This document shows positions 15,733 through 24,918 of a DNA stretch of 32,000 bases, one piece after another (position 1 is the stretch's first letter; every line of letters begins with the position of its first letter). The translations under genes were made by a program, and so were the position numbers. Under the pieces are notes generated by a model. It searched no databases and was not told the origin of the DNA. It saw only the letters and a list, made by a program, of their open reading frames with translations. Origin of the DNA: an archaeon (GTDB taxonomy: Archaea; Iainarchaeota; Iainarchaeia; Iainarchaeales; 1-14-0-10-31-34); contig JAJRVL010000004.1 in assembly GCA_024277355.1 (NCBI GenBank), positions 420,001 to 452,000 on the forward strand. Direction: 5' to 3'.

Positions 15733-18123
15733 ATGCAGAATATTTTATGGTTTAGAGAAATCAAAAAAGAAGATATTCCTTATGTAGGCGGAAAAGGAGC
15801 TAATTTAGGAGAAATGGTAAACGAAGCTTTTCCTGTTCCAACAGGTTATGTGGTTACTGCTCAAGCATATTTTAGATTTATTAAAGAAAAAGGAATTGAA
15901 AGAGAAATAATAGAAAAAATTGATTCGATTGAAGTAGAAAAAACAGAAGAATTAGAAAAAATTTCAAAAGAAGTAAGAGAATTAATTTTAAGAACTCCAA
16001 TGAACAGAATGCTTGAAACAGAAATAAAAGATGCTTATTCTAAAATGGGAGGAAGAAAAATAGCTTTTCTTTCAACAAGAGAAGAAGAATATGTTGCGGT
16101 AAGAAGTTCAGCTACAGCAGAAGATTTACCTGAAGCAAGTTTTGCAGGACAACAGGAAACTTTTTTGAATATTAAAGGAAGAACTGATGTATTAGAAGCA
16201 GTAAAAAGATGCTGGGCTTCTTTGTTTACAGCCAGAGCAGTTTATTACAGAAAAAAACAGGGCTTTGAAACTGAAGGAGTAGGAATTGCAGTTGTAGTTC
16301 AAAAAATGATTGACTCTGAAGTATCAGGAATAATGTTTACTGCTGAACCAACAGGAGATACAACAAAAATAATAATTGAAGCAGGATATGGATTAGGAGA
16401 AGCAATTGTTTCCGGAAGTATTACTCCTGACACTTATACAGTAGAAAAAAAAACATTTAAAATAATTGAAAAAAGAATAAGCAAACAGGAATGGAGCATT
16501 GAAAAAGCAGGAAAAGGAAGCGAAAAAAGAGCCATACCTCCAATAAAGCAGTCAAAACAAAAATTAGAAGACAAATATATTATTCATTTAGCTAAAATTG
16601 GAAGACAAATTGAAAACCATTATGGAAAACCAATGGACATTGAATGGGGATTACATGAAAAACAATTATATATTGTTCAGGCAAGAGCAATAACTACTTT
16701 AGGAATGAAAGAAAAAACAGATAAAGAAAAAGAAAGAATGATTGAAACAAAAGAAATTCCAATACTAAAAGGATTACCTGCTTCTCCTGGAATTGCTTCA
16801 GCTAAAGCAGTAATTATTCCTAAAGCAACAGATGCATCAAAAGTAAATTCAGGAGATATAATTGTAGCTAAAATGACTAATCCTGACTGGGTTCCAATAA
16901 TGGAAAAAGCAAAAGCAATAATAACAGAAGAAGGAGGAAGAACTTGTCATGCTGCAATTGTAAGCAGAGAATTAGGAATTCCTTGTGTTGTTGGAGCAGA
17001 AAATGCAATGCAAAAAATACATGAAGGAGAAACAGTTACAGTTGATGGATTTAATGGTTTAGTTTATAAAGGAAAAATCGAATTAAAAATTCCAGAAGAA
17101 ATTGAAGAAGAATTATTTGAAGACAAAGAAGAAATACAAGAAGTAAAAGAAGAATTTATTGAAGAAGGAGAAAAAATTAATCCAAAAGAAAAAGACGAAG
17201 TATTAATGGAGCATTTAGAAAAATTACTTGAAGAAAGAGCAATTAAAGTTAAAGTTAATGTTGCTTTGCCTGATGCAGCAGAAAAAGCAGCTGAAACAAA
17301 TGCAGATGGAGTAGGACTGCTTAGAGCAGAACATATGATTACTTCTTCTGGAATGCATCCGGCAGAATTTTTAAGAGAAGAAAAAGAAGATGAATTAATT
17401 AATGCAGTAAAAAACGGAATAAAAAAAGTTGCTTTATTGTTTAAAGAAAAACCTGTATGGTACAGGACTTTTGATGCAAGAACAGATGAATTCAGAAGTT
17501 TAAAAGGCGGAGAAAAAGAACCAGAAGAAGCAAATCCAATGATTGGATGGCATGGAATCAGAAGAAGTTTAGATAACCCTAATTTAATTAAAGCTGAATT
17601 TAAAGCAATAAAAGAATTAGTTGAAGAAGGATTTACTAATTTAGGAGTAATGCTTCCATTTGTAATTTCAGCTGAAGAATTAAATAAAGCAAAAGAATTA
17701 GCAATAGAAGTTGGATTAAAGCCAAGAAAAGATGTTAAGTTTGGAGTAATGATTGAAACTCCTGCTTCAGTCTGGATAATAGATGAATTAATTGAAGAAG
17801 GATTAGATTTTGTTTCATTTGGAACAAATGATTTAACTCAGTTAACTTTAGGAATTGACAGAAATAATGAACACATACAAAAACATTTCTCAGAATTACA
17901 TCCTGCTATTTTAAGAAGCTGTCAGTATGTAATAAAAAAATGCAATAAAGCCGGAGTAATAACTTCAATTTGCGGACAGTCAGCATCAAATGAAGAAATG
18001 GTTGAAAAATTAGTTGAATTTGGAATAAAATCTGTTTCAGCTAACATTGATTCAGTAGAAAACATTAAACGGCATGTATTAATTTTAGAAAAACAAGAAT
18101 TACTGGAAAAACTGAATAAATAA
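15733..18123 (+). CDS. ppsA: Phosphoenolpyruvate synthase (pyruvate, water dikinase)
   Basis: A 796-aa ORF with the N-terminal VGGKGANLGEM, the phosphohistidine domain GGRTCHAAIVSRELGIPCVVG and the C-terminal PEP-utilising domain (GLLRAEHM, FVSFGTNDLTQ). An acidic linker separates the domains. Confidence 0.92.
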   Translation: MQNILWFREIKKEDIPYVGGKGANLGEMVNEAFPVPTGYVVTAQAYFRFIKEKGIEREIIEKIDSIEVEKTEELEKISKEVRELILRTPMNRMLETEIKDAYSKMGGRKIAFLSTREEEYVAVRSSATAEDLPEASFAGQQETFLNIKGRTDVLEAVKRCWASLFTARAVYYRKKQGFETEGVGIAVVVQKMIDSEVSGIMFTAEPTGDTTKIIIEAGYGLGEAIVSGSITPDTYTVEKKTFKIIEKRISKQEWSIEKAGKGSEKRAIPPIKQSKQKLEDKYIIHLAKIGRQIENHYGKPMDIEWGLHEKQLYIVQARAITTLGMKEKTDKEKERMIETKEIPILKGLPASPGIASAKAVIIPKATDASKVNSGDIIVAKMTNPDWVPIMEKAKAIITEEGGRTCHAAIVSRELGIPCVVGAENAMQKIHEGETVTVDGFNGLVYKGKIELKIPEEIEEELFEDKEEIQEVKEEFIEEGEKINPKEKDEVLMEHLEKLLEERAIKVKVNVALPDAAEKAAETNADGVGLLRAEHMITSSGMHPAEFLREEKEDELINAVKNGIKKVALLFKEKPVWYRTFDARTDEFRSLKGGEKEPEEANPMIGWHGIRRSLDNPNLIKAEFKAIKELVEEGFTNLGVMLPFVISAEELNKAKELAIEVGLKPRKDVKFGVMIETPASVWIIDELIEEGLDFVSFGTNDLTQLTLGIDRNNEHIQKHFSELHPAILRSCQYVIKKCNKAGVITSICGQSASNEEMVEKLVEFGIKSVSANIDSVENIKRHVLILEKQELLEKLNK

Positions 18124-18175
18124 AAACCTGTCTTAATTAACTAAATTTAAATAATTAATTAAACATAATTTTGTT

Positions 18176-19129
18176 ATGCTTAAATTAGATATAAAAAAAG
18201 CTATTACAGAAATAAAGAAAAAAAAAGCTAAAACAGTTGTATTGCAGATACCTGAAGGACTAAAAACTAAAACAACTGAATTAATTGAAAGAATTGAAAC
18301 ACAAACTAAAGCAAAAGTTATTACTGTAATGGATCCTTTATGGGGAGCATGTGATTTAGCAGAAGAAGAAATGAAATTATTTAAAGCAGATTTATTAATC
18401 CATGTAGGCCACACAAAATTTTATGACACAAAAATAAAAGTAATTTATATTCCATTAGAATACACTATAAAAGAAATCAATACAGACAAACTTGAAAGAA
18501 TACTAAAAAACAATAAAATTAAAAGTGTTGGATTAGCTTGTGCAGTGCAATTTCACAATACAATGAAATTAATTGAAAAAGAATTAAAGAAAAAAAAATT
18601 CAAGGTTTTTATTGAAAAAGGCGGAAGCAAAAGTTTTGTTTCAGGGCAAGTTTTAGGCTGCGATCAGACAGCAGTAAAAAAAATAGAAAAAAAAATTGAC
18701 GGAATAGTTTTTGTCGGAGACGGATTATTTCATCCATTAGGGATTACAATTAATTCAGAAAAAAAAGTTTTTGCTTTTAATCCATTAAACAGAGAAATAA
18801 AAGATTTTGAAAAAGAAAAAGAATTATATGTAAGAAAAAGATACGGCGCAATAGCTAAAGCAAAAAATGCTGAAAGTTTTGGAATTTTAATGAGCAGAAA
18901 AAGAGGGCAATTTCAAAAAGAAATAGCATTAAATACAAAAAAGTTACTTGAAAAAAAAGGATTTAAAGCGTTTTTGTTTTCAATGGACTTAATTAAAGCA
19001 GAATATTTAATGGGAATAAACATTGATTGTTTTATTGATACGGCTTGTCCAAGAATAACTGAAGACAATTTAAACGATAAACCAATATTAAATTTAAAAG
19101 AATTAAATGAAATGCTTGAATTAAAGTGA
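18176..19129 (+). CDS. dph2: Diphthamide biosynthesis protein Dph2 (2-(3-amino-3-carboxypropyl)histidine synthase)
   Basis: A 317-aa ORF with TVVLQIPEGLK near the N-terminus and conserved Cys contexts (WGACD, VLGCD, DTACPRI) typical of archaeal Dph2. Confidence 0.75.
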   Translation: MLKLDIKKAITEIKKKKAKTVVLQIPEGLKTKTTELIERIETQTKAKVITVMDPLWGACDLAEEEMKLFKADLLIHVGHTKFYDTKIKVIYIPLEYTIKEINTDKLERILKNNKIKSVGLACAVQFHNTMKLIEKELKKKKFKVFIEKGGSKSFVSGQVLGCDQTAVKKIEKKIDGIVFVGDGLFHPLGITINSEKKVFAFNPLNREIKDFEKEKELYVRKRYGAIAKAKNAESFGILMSRKRGQFQKEIALNTKKLLEKKGFKAFLFSMDLIKAEYLMGINIDCFIDTACPRITEDNLNDKPILNLKELNEMLELK

Positions 19130-19903
19130 TTCTTCTTCTGTTACTGCGTCAGTTGTTTCAATTATTGTTCCAATAAAGTCCATTCCTTTAACTGCATTTT
19201 CAAAGTTTTCTAAGTCAGCCATATTTAATACAAAAGTAGTTATTTTGCTTCGATTTAAAATCATGCAGGTAAATGCATCTAAAATCATGTTTTCGCCTGG
19301 ATTTCTTGAATCATGTCTTGCTAAAACTCTCATTAATTTTTCATGAGACATTTTTGGAATTAATTTTGCGGTTTTAGAATATTTTGGGTCAGCATTAAAC
19401 ACGCCTTCCTGATTAGATAAATTAATAAAAATTCCTCCAATATATTCTGCAATACTTGCAGCAACTGTATCAGTTGTAAAACCTGGAATTAATCCGCCAA
19501 AAACAGGAATTTTTTTTGATGCAAGAATATCATGAATTCTTTTTACATCAGTTAAAACTTCATGAAAACAATCATCAAAAGCCTGAATTAACATTAAAGC
19601 ATTTAATCTTGTAACAGTAATTGCAATTTCATCTAATAAAAAATTGTTTTCTACTCCAAGTGTTTTTGCTGTAGCAATATAATCTCTTGCAATTTTTCCT
19701 CCGCCTGCAACTAAAACAAACTCAAAACCTTGTTTTCTTAAATTATTAATTGAATTAGCAAATTTAGCTATTAAAGTTGCATTAATTTTATCTCTTGCAA
19801 TCATTGAACCTCCAACTGAAACAACAATAACCGGTTTTTCAGAGGAAAGTGCATTAGAAGAATTTTGAGGTTCTTCATTGTAATTTTCAAACATTTCAAA
19901 CAT
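19121..19903 (-). CDS. pyrH: UMP kinase, archaeal type
   Basis: VVSVGGSMI...VLVAGGGKIARDYI...TRLNALMLIQA...IPVFGGLIPGFTTDTVAASIAEY...GVFNADPK is collinear with archaeal PyrH. It has a ~25-aa N-terminal extension. Its 3' end overlaps dph2 by 9 nt (convergent). Confidence 0.8.
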   Translation of the reverse strand: MFEMFENYNEEPQNSSNALSSEKPVIVVSVGGSMIARDKINATLIAKFANSINNLRKQGFEFVLVAGGGKIARDYIATAKTLGVENNFLLDEIAITVTRLNALMLIQAFDDCFHEVLTDVKRIHDILASKKIPVFGGLIPGFTTDTVAASIAEYIGGIFINLSNQEGVFNADPKYSKTAKLIPKMSHEKLMRVLARHDSRNPGENMILDAFTCMILNRSKITTFVLNMADLENFENAVKGMDFIGTIIETTDAVTEEESL

Positions 19904-19993
19904 TTTCAGTCAATAATAACAACATAGAACAAGTATAAAAAGATATTTTTTCTTAAATATTAAAGCACTAATTTTAAATTAAAAGTGAGAAAA

Positions 19994-22720
19994 ATGGCAG
20001 ATGAATCAATAGAAATTTTCAGAAAAAAACTAAAAAAATTAAAGAAATTTAAAGGAAGAGGAACAGAATTAATTAGTTTATATATTCCTGAAAATGCAGA
20101 CAGAAGTTCAGTGATGAATCAAATCACAGAAGAAATGAGCCAGAGTGCAAACATTAAAAGTCCTCAGACAAGAAAAAATGTTCAGGGAGCACTAAGAAAA
20201 CTAAATACTTTTTTAAAAAACATTAATTTTAAGATTCCAAAAAACGGATTAGTTTTATTTTGCGGAAATGTAAGTGAAACAGAAGGAAGAAATGACATTA
20301 AATTAATTCCATTAAATCCAATTAAAGAATTAAAAACAAAATTATACTGGTGTGATTCTTCTTTTCATTTAACTCCATTAGAAGAAATGCAGAAAACAAA
20401 AGAAGTTTATGCTTTAATTGTATTAGATAAAAGAGAAGCAACAGTTGCATTGCTTAAAGGAAAAAGCTATGAAATTATAGGGCATTTTACTTCAAATGTT
20501 GCAGGAAAAACAAGAGCAGGAGGGCAATGCCTTTCTCCTGAAACACTAATTCAGTTAAATGACGGTTTAATTATTCCAATAAAAAACTCACATAACCCTT
20601 TACAAGTAAAAAGCATGGATTTTGAAAACTATTCATTCACTGATTCAAACATAAAAGATAAATGGAAAACAAAAAAAAGTGTTTATAAAATAATAACAAA
20701 AAACCCAAGAACAGAAATTGTTTGTTCAAAAGACCATTTATTTTTTACTGCAGGAAAAGAAATTAAAGAAAAACCTGCTGAAAAACTAAAAATTGGAGAT
20801 CAATTATTAATGCCTGAAAAAGTTGAAATTAAAGGCAAACCCCAAAAACTTGAATCATTTGACTGCTTTAATTCATATAACATTACAGACAAAGGAAAAA
20901 CTAATTTAATTAATGCAAGAAAAAAAACCGGTTTTTCTCAAAAAGAATTTGGAAAAAAAATAGGGATAACCCAAACAGGAGTTTCAGTTATTGAATTAGG
21001 AAAAAGTAATATAAGAAAAAGTCTGCTTGAAAAATTATGCTTTGAATTGAATATTGATTTTGAAAATTTTATTAAAATACATGCAAAACCTAATTCAGAT
21101 TTGTTTATGCCAAAAAAATTAACAAAAGAACTGGCAAAAATAATGGGTTATTTTGCTGGAGACGGAAGTTTTGAAAAAGAAAGAATAAGTTTTTCAGAGC
21201 AAAGCAAAGAGCTTGCAGAATACTATAAAAGCAAGACATCAAAACTTTTTAAAGCAAATAATGCAGTAAAATTCAGAGAAAACAAAGGTTATTATCAAAT
21301 AAGAATTTATGGAAAACCTATTGTTAAGTTTATTGAAAAAAATTTTCCTGAAATAAAAAAAGCAATAAACAGCGAAATACCAATAAAAATATTAAAATCA
21401 GAAAACGAAGTTTTAGCTTCTTTTATTAAAGGGTTTTATGATGCAGAAGGTTATGCAACAACAAAAAGAGGGATTGGATTAGGAATAAACAATAAAATAA
21501 TGGCTGAACAGATTAGACTTTCACTTTTAAGATTTGGAATTATTTCTTCTTTGCATGAATATGATAACAGAAGAAATCCTTATTCAGATAATCCAAGATT
21601 TACTGTTGACATTTCAGACAATAAATCACTAAAATTGTTTTCAAAGTTAATTGGGTTTAGTTTAAAAAGAAAAAAAGAAAAAATGGAAAAACTAATTAAA
21701 AACAGAAAACACATTAGAAGCAATGTAAGACAGATATTTACTTCAGGAAAAAAAATCAGAAAAATAATTGAAGAACATGACTGCAACTTAGAGTTGTTTC
21801 CTAAAGTAAACAGTTTTTTCAGGAATGAAAGACAAATGAGCAAAAAAGTGTTTGCTGAGTCAATTCTTGATTGCATTAAAGATAAAAAATTAAAAGGAAA
21901 ACTCAAAAAAATAATGAATATTCCTTTAATTCCAGTAAAAATAAATAAAATAATTAAATCAAATAAAAAAATAAGTTTGGTTGATATTAGTGTGTCAAAC
22001 CAGAATTTTATTGCAAATGGATTAATAGTTCACAATAGCGCACATAGATTTGAACGATTAAGAGAAGAAGCAACCCAGGAATTTTTTAAAAGAACAAGCG
22101 AAAAAATTAACGGAATTTTTTCTGAACACAAAGAAAATTTAAGGGGAGTAATTATTGGCGGTCCTGGAATAACAAAAAATAAGTTTATGGAAAAAGATGT
22201 ATTAGATTACAGGTTAAAAGAAAAAATTATAGGAACATTAGATACATCTTATACTGATGAATCAGGAATAAGAGAAATGATTCAGAAAGCAGAAGACTTA
22301 CTAAAAAATACTGCTTTAATGAAAGAAAGAATTTTATTAACTAAATTTCTGGAAGAAATAGTTAAAGATGGAGCAGTAACTTACGGAGAAAAAGAAGTAA
22401 TGGAATCCTTGGAAATAGGAAAAGCAGAAACTGTTTTATTATCTGAAGGCATTGAATGGACTGCAATAAAATTCCAGTGTACTTCCTGCAATAATATTGA
22501 AGAAACCGTAATTAAAGACGGAAAAAAACCTAAATTAAAATGCAGTAAATGCAGTTCAACTAAAATTGAAGAATTAGAGGATTTAGAGTTTGCTGAATTT
22601 TTAGAAGAAAAAGCAAAAGTTACTGGCGCTAAAATTGAAGTTATTTCAGTTGAAACAATTGAAGGCGAACAATTTCTTAAAGGATTTGGCGGAATCGGCG
22701 CTTTCTTAAGATATAAATAA
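19994..22720 (+). CDS. prf1: Peptide chain release factor aRF1, interrupted by an intein
   Basis: The exteins carry NIKS (SANIKSPQTRKN), YxCxxxF (LYWCDSSFHL) and GGQ (KTRAGGQ|intein|SAHRFERLREE). Extein length is 178 + 227 = 405 aa, normal for aRF1. I chose the ATG at 19994 over the GTG at 19985. Confidence 0.9.
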   Translation: MADESIEIFRKKLKKLKKFKGRGTELISLYIPENADRSSVMNQITEEMSQSANIKSPQTRKNVQGALRKLNTFLKNINFKIPKNGLVLFCGNVSETEGRNDIKLIPLNPIKELKTKLYWCDSSFHLTPLEEMQKTKEVYALIVLDKREATVALLKGKSYEIIGHFTSNVAGKTRAGGQCLSPETLIQLNDGLIIPIKNSHNPLQVKSMDFENYSFTDSNIKDKWKTKKSVYKIITKNPRTEIVCSKDHLFFTAGKEIKEKPAEKLKIGDQLLMPEKVEIKGKPQKLESFDCFNSYNITDKGKTNLINARKKTGFSQKEFGKKIGITQTGVSVIELGKSNIRKSLLEKLCFELNIDFENFIKIHAKPNSDLFMPKKLTKELAKIMGYFAGDGSFEKERISFSEQSKELAEYYKSKTSKLFKANNAVKFRENKGYYQIRIYGKPIVKFIEKNFPEIKKAINSEIPIKILKSENEVLASFIKGFYDAEGYATTKRGIGLGINNKIMAEQIRLSLLRFGIISSLHEYDNRRNPYSDNPRFTVDISDNKSLKLFSKLIGFSLKRKKEKMEKLIKNRKHIRSNVRQIFTSGKKIRKIIEEHDCNLELFPKVNSFFRNERQMSKKVFAESILDCIKDKKLKGKLKKIMNIPLIPVKINKIIKSNKKISLVDISVSNQNFIANGLIVHNSAHRFERLREEATQEFFKRTSEKINGIFSEHKENLRGVIIGGPGITKNKFMEKDVLDYRLKEKIIGTLDTSYTDESGIREMIQKAEDLLKNTALMKERILLTKFLEEIVKDGAVTYGEKEVMESLEIGKAETVLLSEGIEWTAIKFQCTSCNNIEETVIKDGKKPKLKCSKCSSTKIEELEDLEFAEFLEEKAKVTGAKIEVISVETIEGEQFLKGFGGIGAFLRYK
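20528..22036 (+). mobile_element. Intein (503 aa) with a LAGLIDADG homing-endonuclease domain and an XRE-like HTH segment
   Basis: It starts with Cys1 (CLSPETLIQLNDG), has a block-B-like SKDHLFF and ends ...NGLIVHN, followed by the +1 Ser. The two LAGLIDADG motifs are LAKIMGYFAGDGSF and ASFIKGFYDAEGY. An HTH_3-like stretch, KKTGFSQKEFGKKIGITQTGVSVIELGKSN, lies between the N-terminal splicing region and the endonuclease. Confidence 0.85.
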
Positions 22721-22733
22721 AATCTGATTAATT

Positions 22734-23957
22734 ATGCATTACACTAAAACTAAAGGCATAGGCGGAAGAATAAAAGAAAGAATAAAAGACTTTAAAGTAA
22801 TTGAAATAACAGAAGAAAAAGAATGTAAATTATGGTTAAATGAAGAATCATTAGAAAGACATGAAGAATTAATTATTCCTGAAAATGAAGATAAATCAAA
22901 ATTTTTGTATTTAGAAATGCAGAAATTTAATTTAGATGTAAATGAAAGCATTAGAAGAATTGCAAGATTTAACGGGGTATCAAAAAAAAGAATTACTTAT
23001 GCAGGAGTAAAAGACAAAAGAGCAATAACTTCTCAAAGAATCTGTTTTTTTATGCCTGAAACTAAACGATTAAAAGAATTCAAAAGCAAGTTTGTAAAAT
23101 TAAGCAGCCCTGAATGGAAAAGAGAAAAATTAAGGATTGGCATGCTTAAAGGAAATAAATTTGAAATAACAATAAGACAGATTGAATTAGATGAAAAAGA
23201 AACAGAAAAAAGAATTAATTCTTGTTTAAAAGAAATAAAAAAAGGCATTCCAAATTATTTTGGCGAACAAAGATTTGGAGGAATAAGAAATATAAGTCAT
23301 TTAGTTGGAAAAGAATTCATCAAAGGAAACATCCAGCAAGGAGTAATGCTTTATTTAACTGCAACAAATGAAAAAGAAGAAGAAGACATAAGAAATGCAA
23401 GAACAGAATTAGAAAAAACAAAAGATTATGGAAAAGCATTGAAAGATTTTCCTTTAAAATTCAGATATGAAAGAGCAATGCTAAATCACTTAAATACAGA
23501 ACCAGAAGATTTTATTGGGGCTTTTAGAACTCTTCCTAAATCTTTAAGATATATGTTTGTTCATGCTTATCAAAGTTTTTTATTTAATGAAATAATTAAA
23601 GAAAGAATAAAACAAGGAATTGGATTAAAAAAAACTAAAGGAGACGAATTAATTAATGAAATTCCTTTAGCTCCATTGCTTGGCTTTCAGAGCAAGTTTT
23701 CTGAAGGAAAAGCAGGAGAAATAGAAAAAAAAATTTTAGAAAAAGAAGGAATTGAATTAAAACAATTTTATGTAAAGGAAATGAAAGAAATGTCTTCTAA
23801 AGGAGCAAAAAAAGAAATTGTTTTATTTCCTGAAAACCTTAAATTAGAAGAAATAGAAAAAGATGAATTTAATGAAGGAAAATTAAAGGCAAGGATAAGC
23901 TTTTATTTAACTAAAGGCAATTATGCTACAGTTGTATTAAAAGAAATAATAAAGTGA
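22734..23957 (+). CDS. truD: tRNA pseudouridine synthase TruD/Pus7 family (pseudouridine-13)
   Basis: N-terminal GIGGRIKERIKDFKVIEI, the catalytic-Asp motif YAGVKDKRAITSQ and NYFGEQRFG, at 407 aa. Confidence 0.85.
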   Translation: MHYTKTKGIGGRIKERIKDFKVIEITEEKECKLWLNEESLERHEELIIPENEDKSKFLYLEMQKFNLDVNESIRRIARFNGVSKKRITYAGVKDKRAITSQRICFFMPETKRLKEFKSKFVKLSSPEWKREKLRIGMLKGNKFEITIRQIELDEKETEKRINSCLKEIKKGIPNYFGEQRFGGIRNISHLVGKEFIKGNIQQGVMLYLTATNEKEEEDIRNARTELEKTKDYGKALKDFPLKFRYERAMLNHLNTEPEDFIGAFRTLPKSLRYMFVHAYQSFLFNEIIKERIKQGIGLKKTKGDELINEIPLAPLLGFQSKFSEGKAGEIEKKILEKEGIELKQFYVKEMKEMSSKGAKKEIVLFPENLKLEEIEKDEFNEGKLKARISFYLTKGNYATVVLKEIIK

Positions 23958-23961
23958 TAAA

Positions 23962-24918
23962 ATGACTGAAATAATTTACTTTTTTTTATCTTTAGTTTTA
24001 AGTTTAATTGGAATATATTTTTTTAATAAATTCAGCAGGAAAAAAAAATTTTTTTTAGGAATAGACATAAATAAGAAGGCACAAAATAAAACTCCTGAAG
24101 CAACAGGAATTGTATTACTGTTAATTTTATGGATTATTGTTTTATGGATTAATTTTACACAAGAATTTAATCTACAAATTTTTTATTGGCTTGGAATAGT
24201 TAGTGTTTTTTCTTTGATTGGTTTTTTGGATGACACAACAACTAAATGGGAAAAAAAAGGATTAAGTTTAAAGCAAAGAGCAGTTCCGGTTGCTTTTTTT
24301 TCTTTTTTGTTTGGTTTTTTGGTTTCAGGAGAAATAATTACAGGAATATTAATTGGAGTGTTTGTTGCAGGATTTTCTTCTTTCCATAACAGTTTTGCAG
24401 GATTAAATGGATGGGAAGTAGGTTCAAGTTACATTATTGCAGTATTTGCAGGGTTTTTATTGATTACAAACAGTTTTTTTGTTTATTCTTTAGTCCTTAT
24501 GGGCTTAATTCTTGCCTTATTGTTGTTTAATATTTATCCTGCAAGAGTTTTCCCAGGAGATTCAGGCACATTACTAATGGGAAGTTCAATTACAGGTTTA
24601 ATTGCATTAACAATGCAGACAGAATTAATTTTCTTTTTTACTTTATTTTATTTACCTCATTTTATTGACTTGTTTTTCCTTAAAATATTAACAAATCCTG
24701 AAGATCCAACTCAAGTAAAAATAAAGCCTTATAAAGTACTGGAAAACGGAAAACTAGGAATTCCTGATTACAAAGGAAAAATAAAACTTGATTTTGCTAA
24801 ATTAATTTTGAAAGTTTTTGGTTCAATGAAAGAATGGAAAATTGTTTTAATTATCTGGGTAATAGTTGCATTAAATGGTTTATTTTGGATTATTGTTTTA
24901 GGAAAAATTAATCTTTGA
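23962..24918 (+). CDS. Glycosyltransferase family 4 (polyprenyl-phosphate HexNAc-1-phosphate transferase, MraY/WecA/AglH-like)
   Basis: A polytopic membrane protein with GFLDD, the archaeal-type FAGLNGWEVG motif and VFPGDSGTLLMGS. Confidence 0.6.
   Translation: MTEIIYFFLSLVLSLIGIYFFNKFSRKKKFFLGIDINKKAQNKTPEATGIVLLLILWIIVLWINFTQEFNLQIFYWLGIVSVFSLIGFLDDTTTKWEKKGLSLKQRAVPVAFFSFLFGFLVSGEIITGILIGVFVAGFSSFHNSFAGLNGWEVGSSYIIAVFAGFLLITNSFFVYSLVLMGLILALLLFNIYPARVFPGDSGTLLMGSSITGLIALTMQTELIFFFTLFYLPHFIDLFFLKILTNPEDPTQVKIKPYKVLENGKLGIPDYKGKIKLDFAKLILKVFGSMKEWKIVLIIWVIVALNGLFWIIVLGKINL

Noticed and set aside
17080-17260. Glu-rich insertion in PpsA as a possible intein or mobile insertion
   Set aside because: It has no Cys/Ser-1, HN or endonuclease motifs. 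The phosphohistidine motif GGRTCHAAIVSRELG is uninterrupted. The segment is an acidic interdomain linker.
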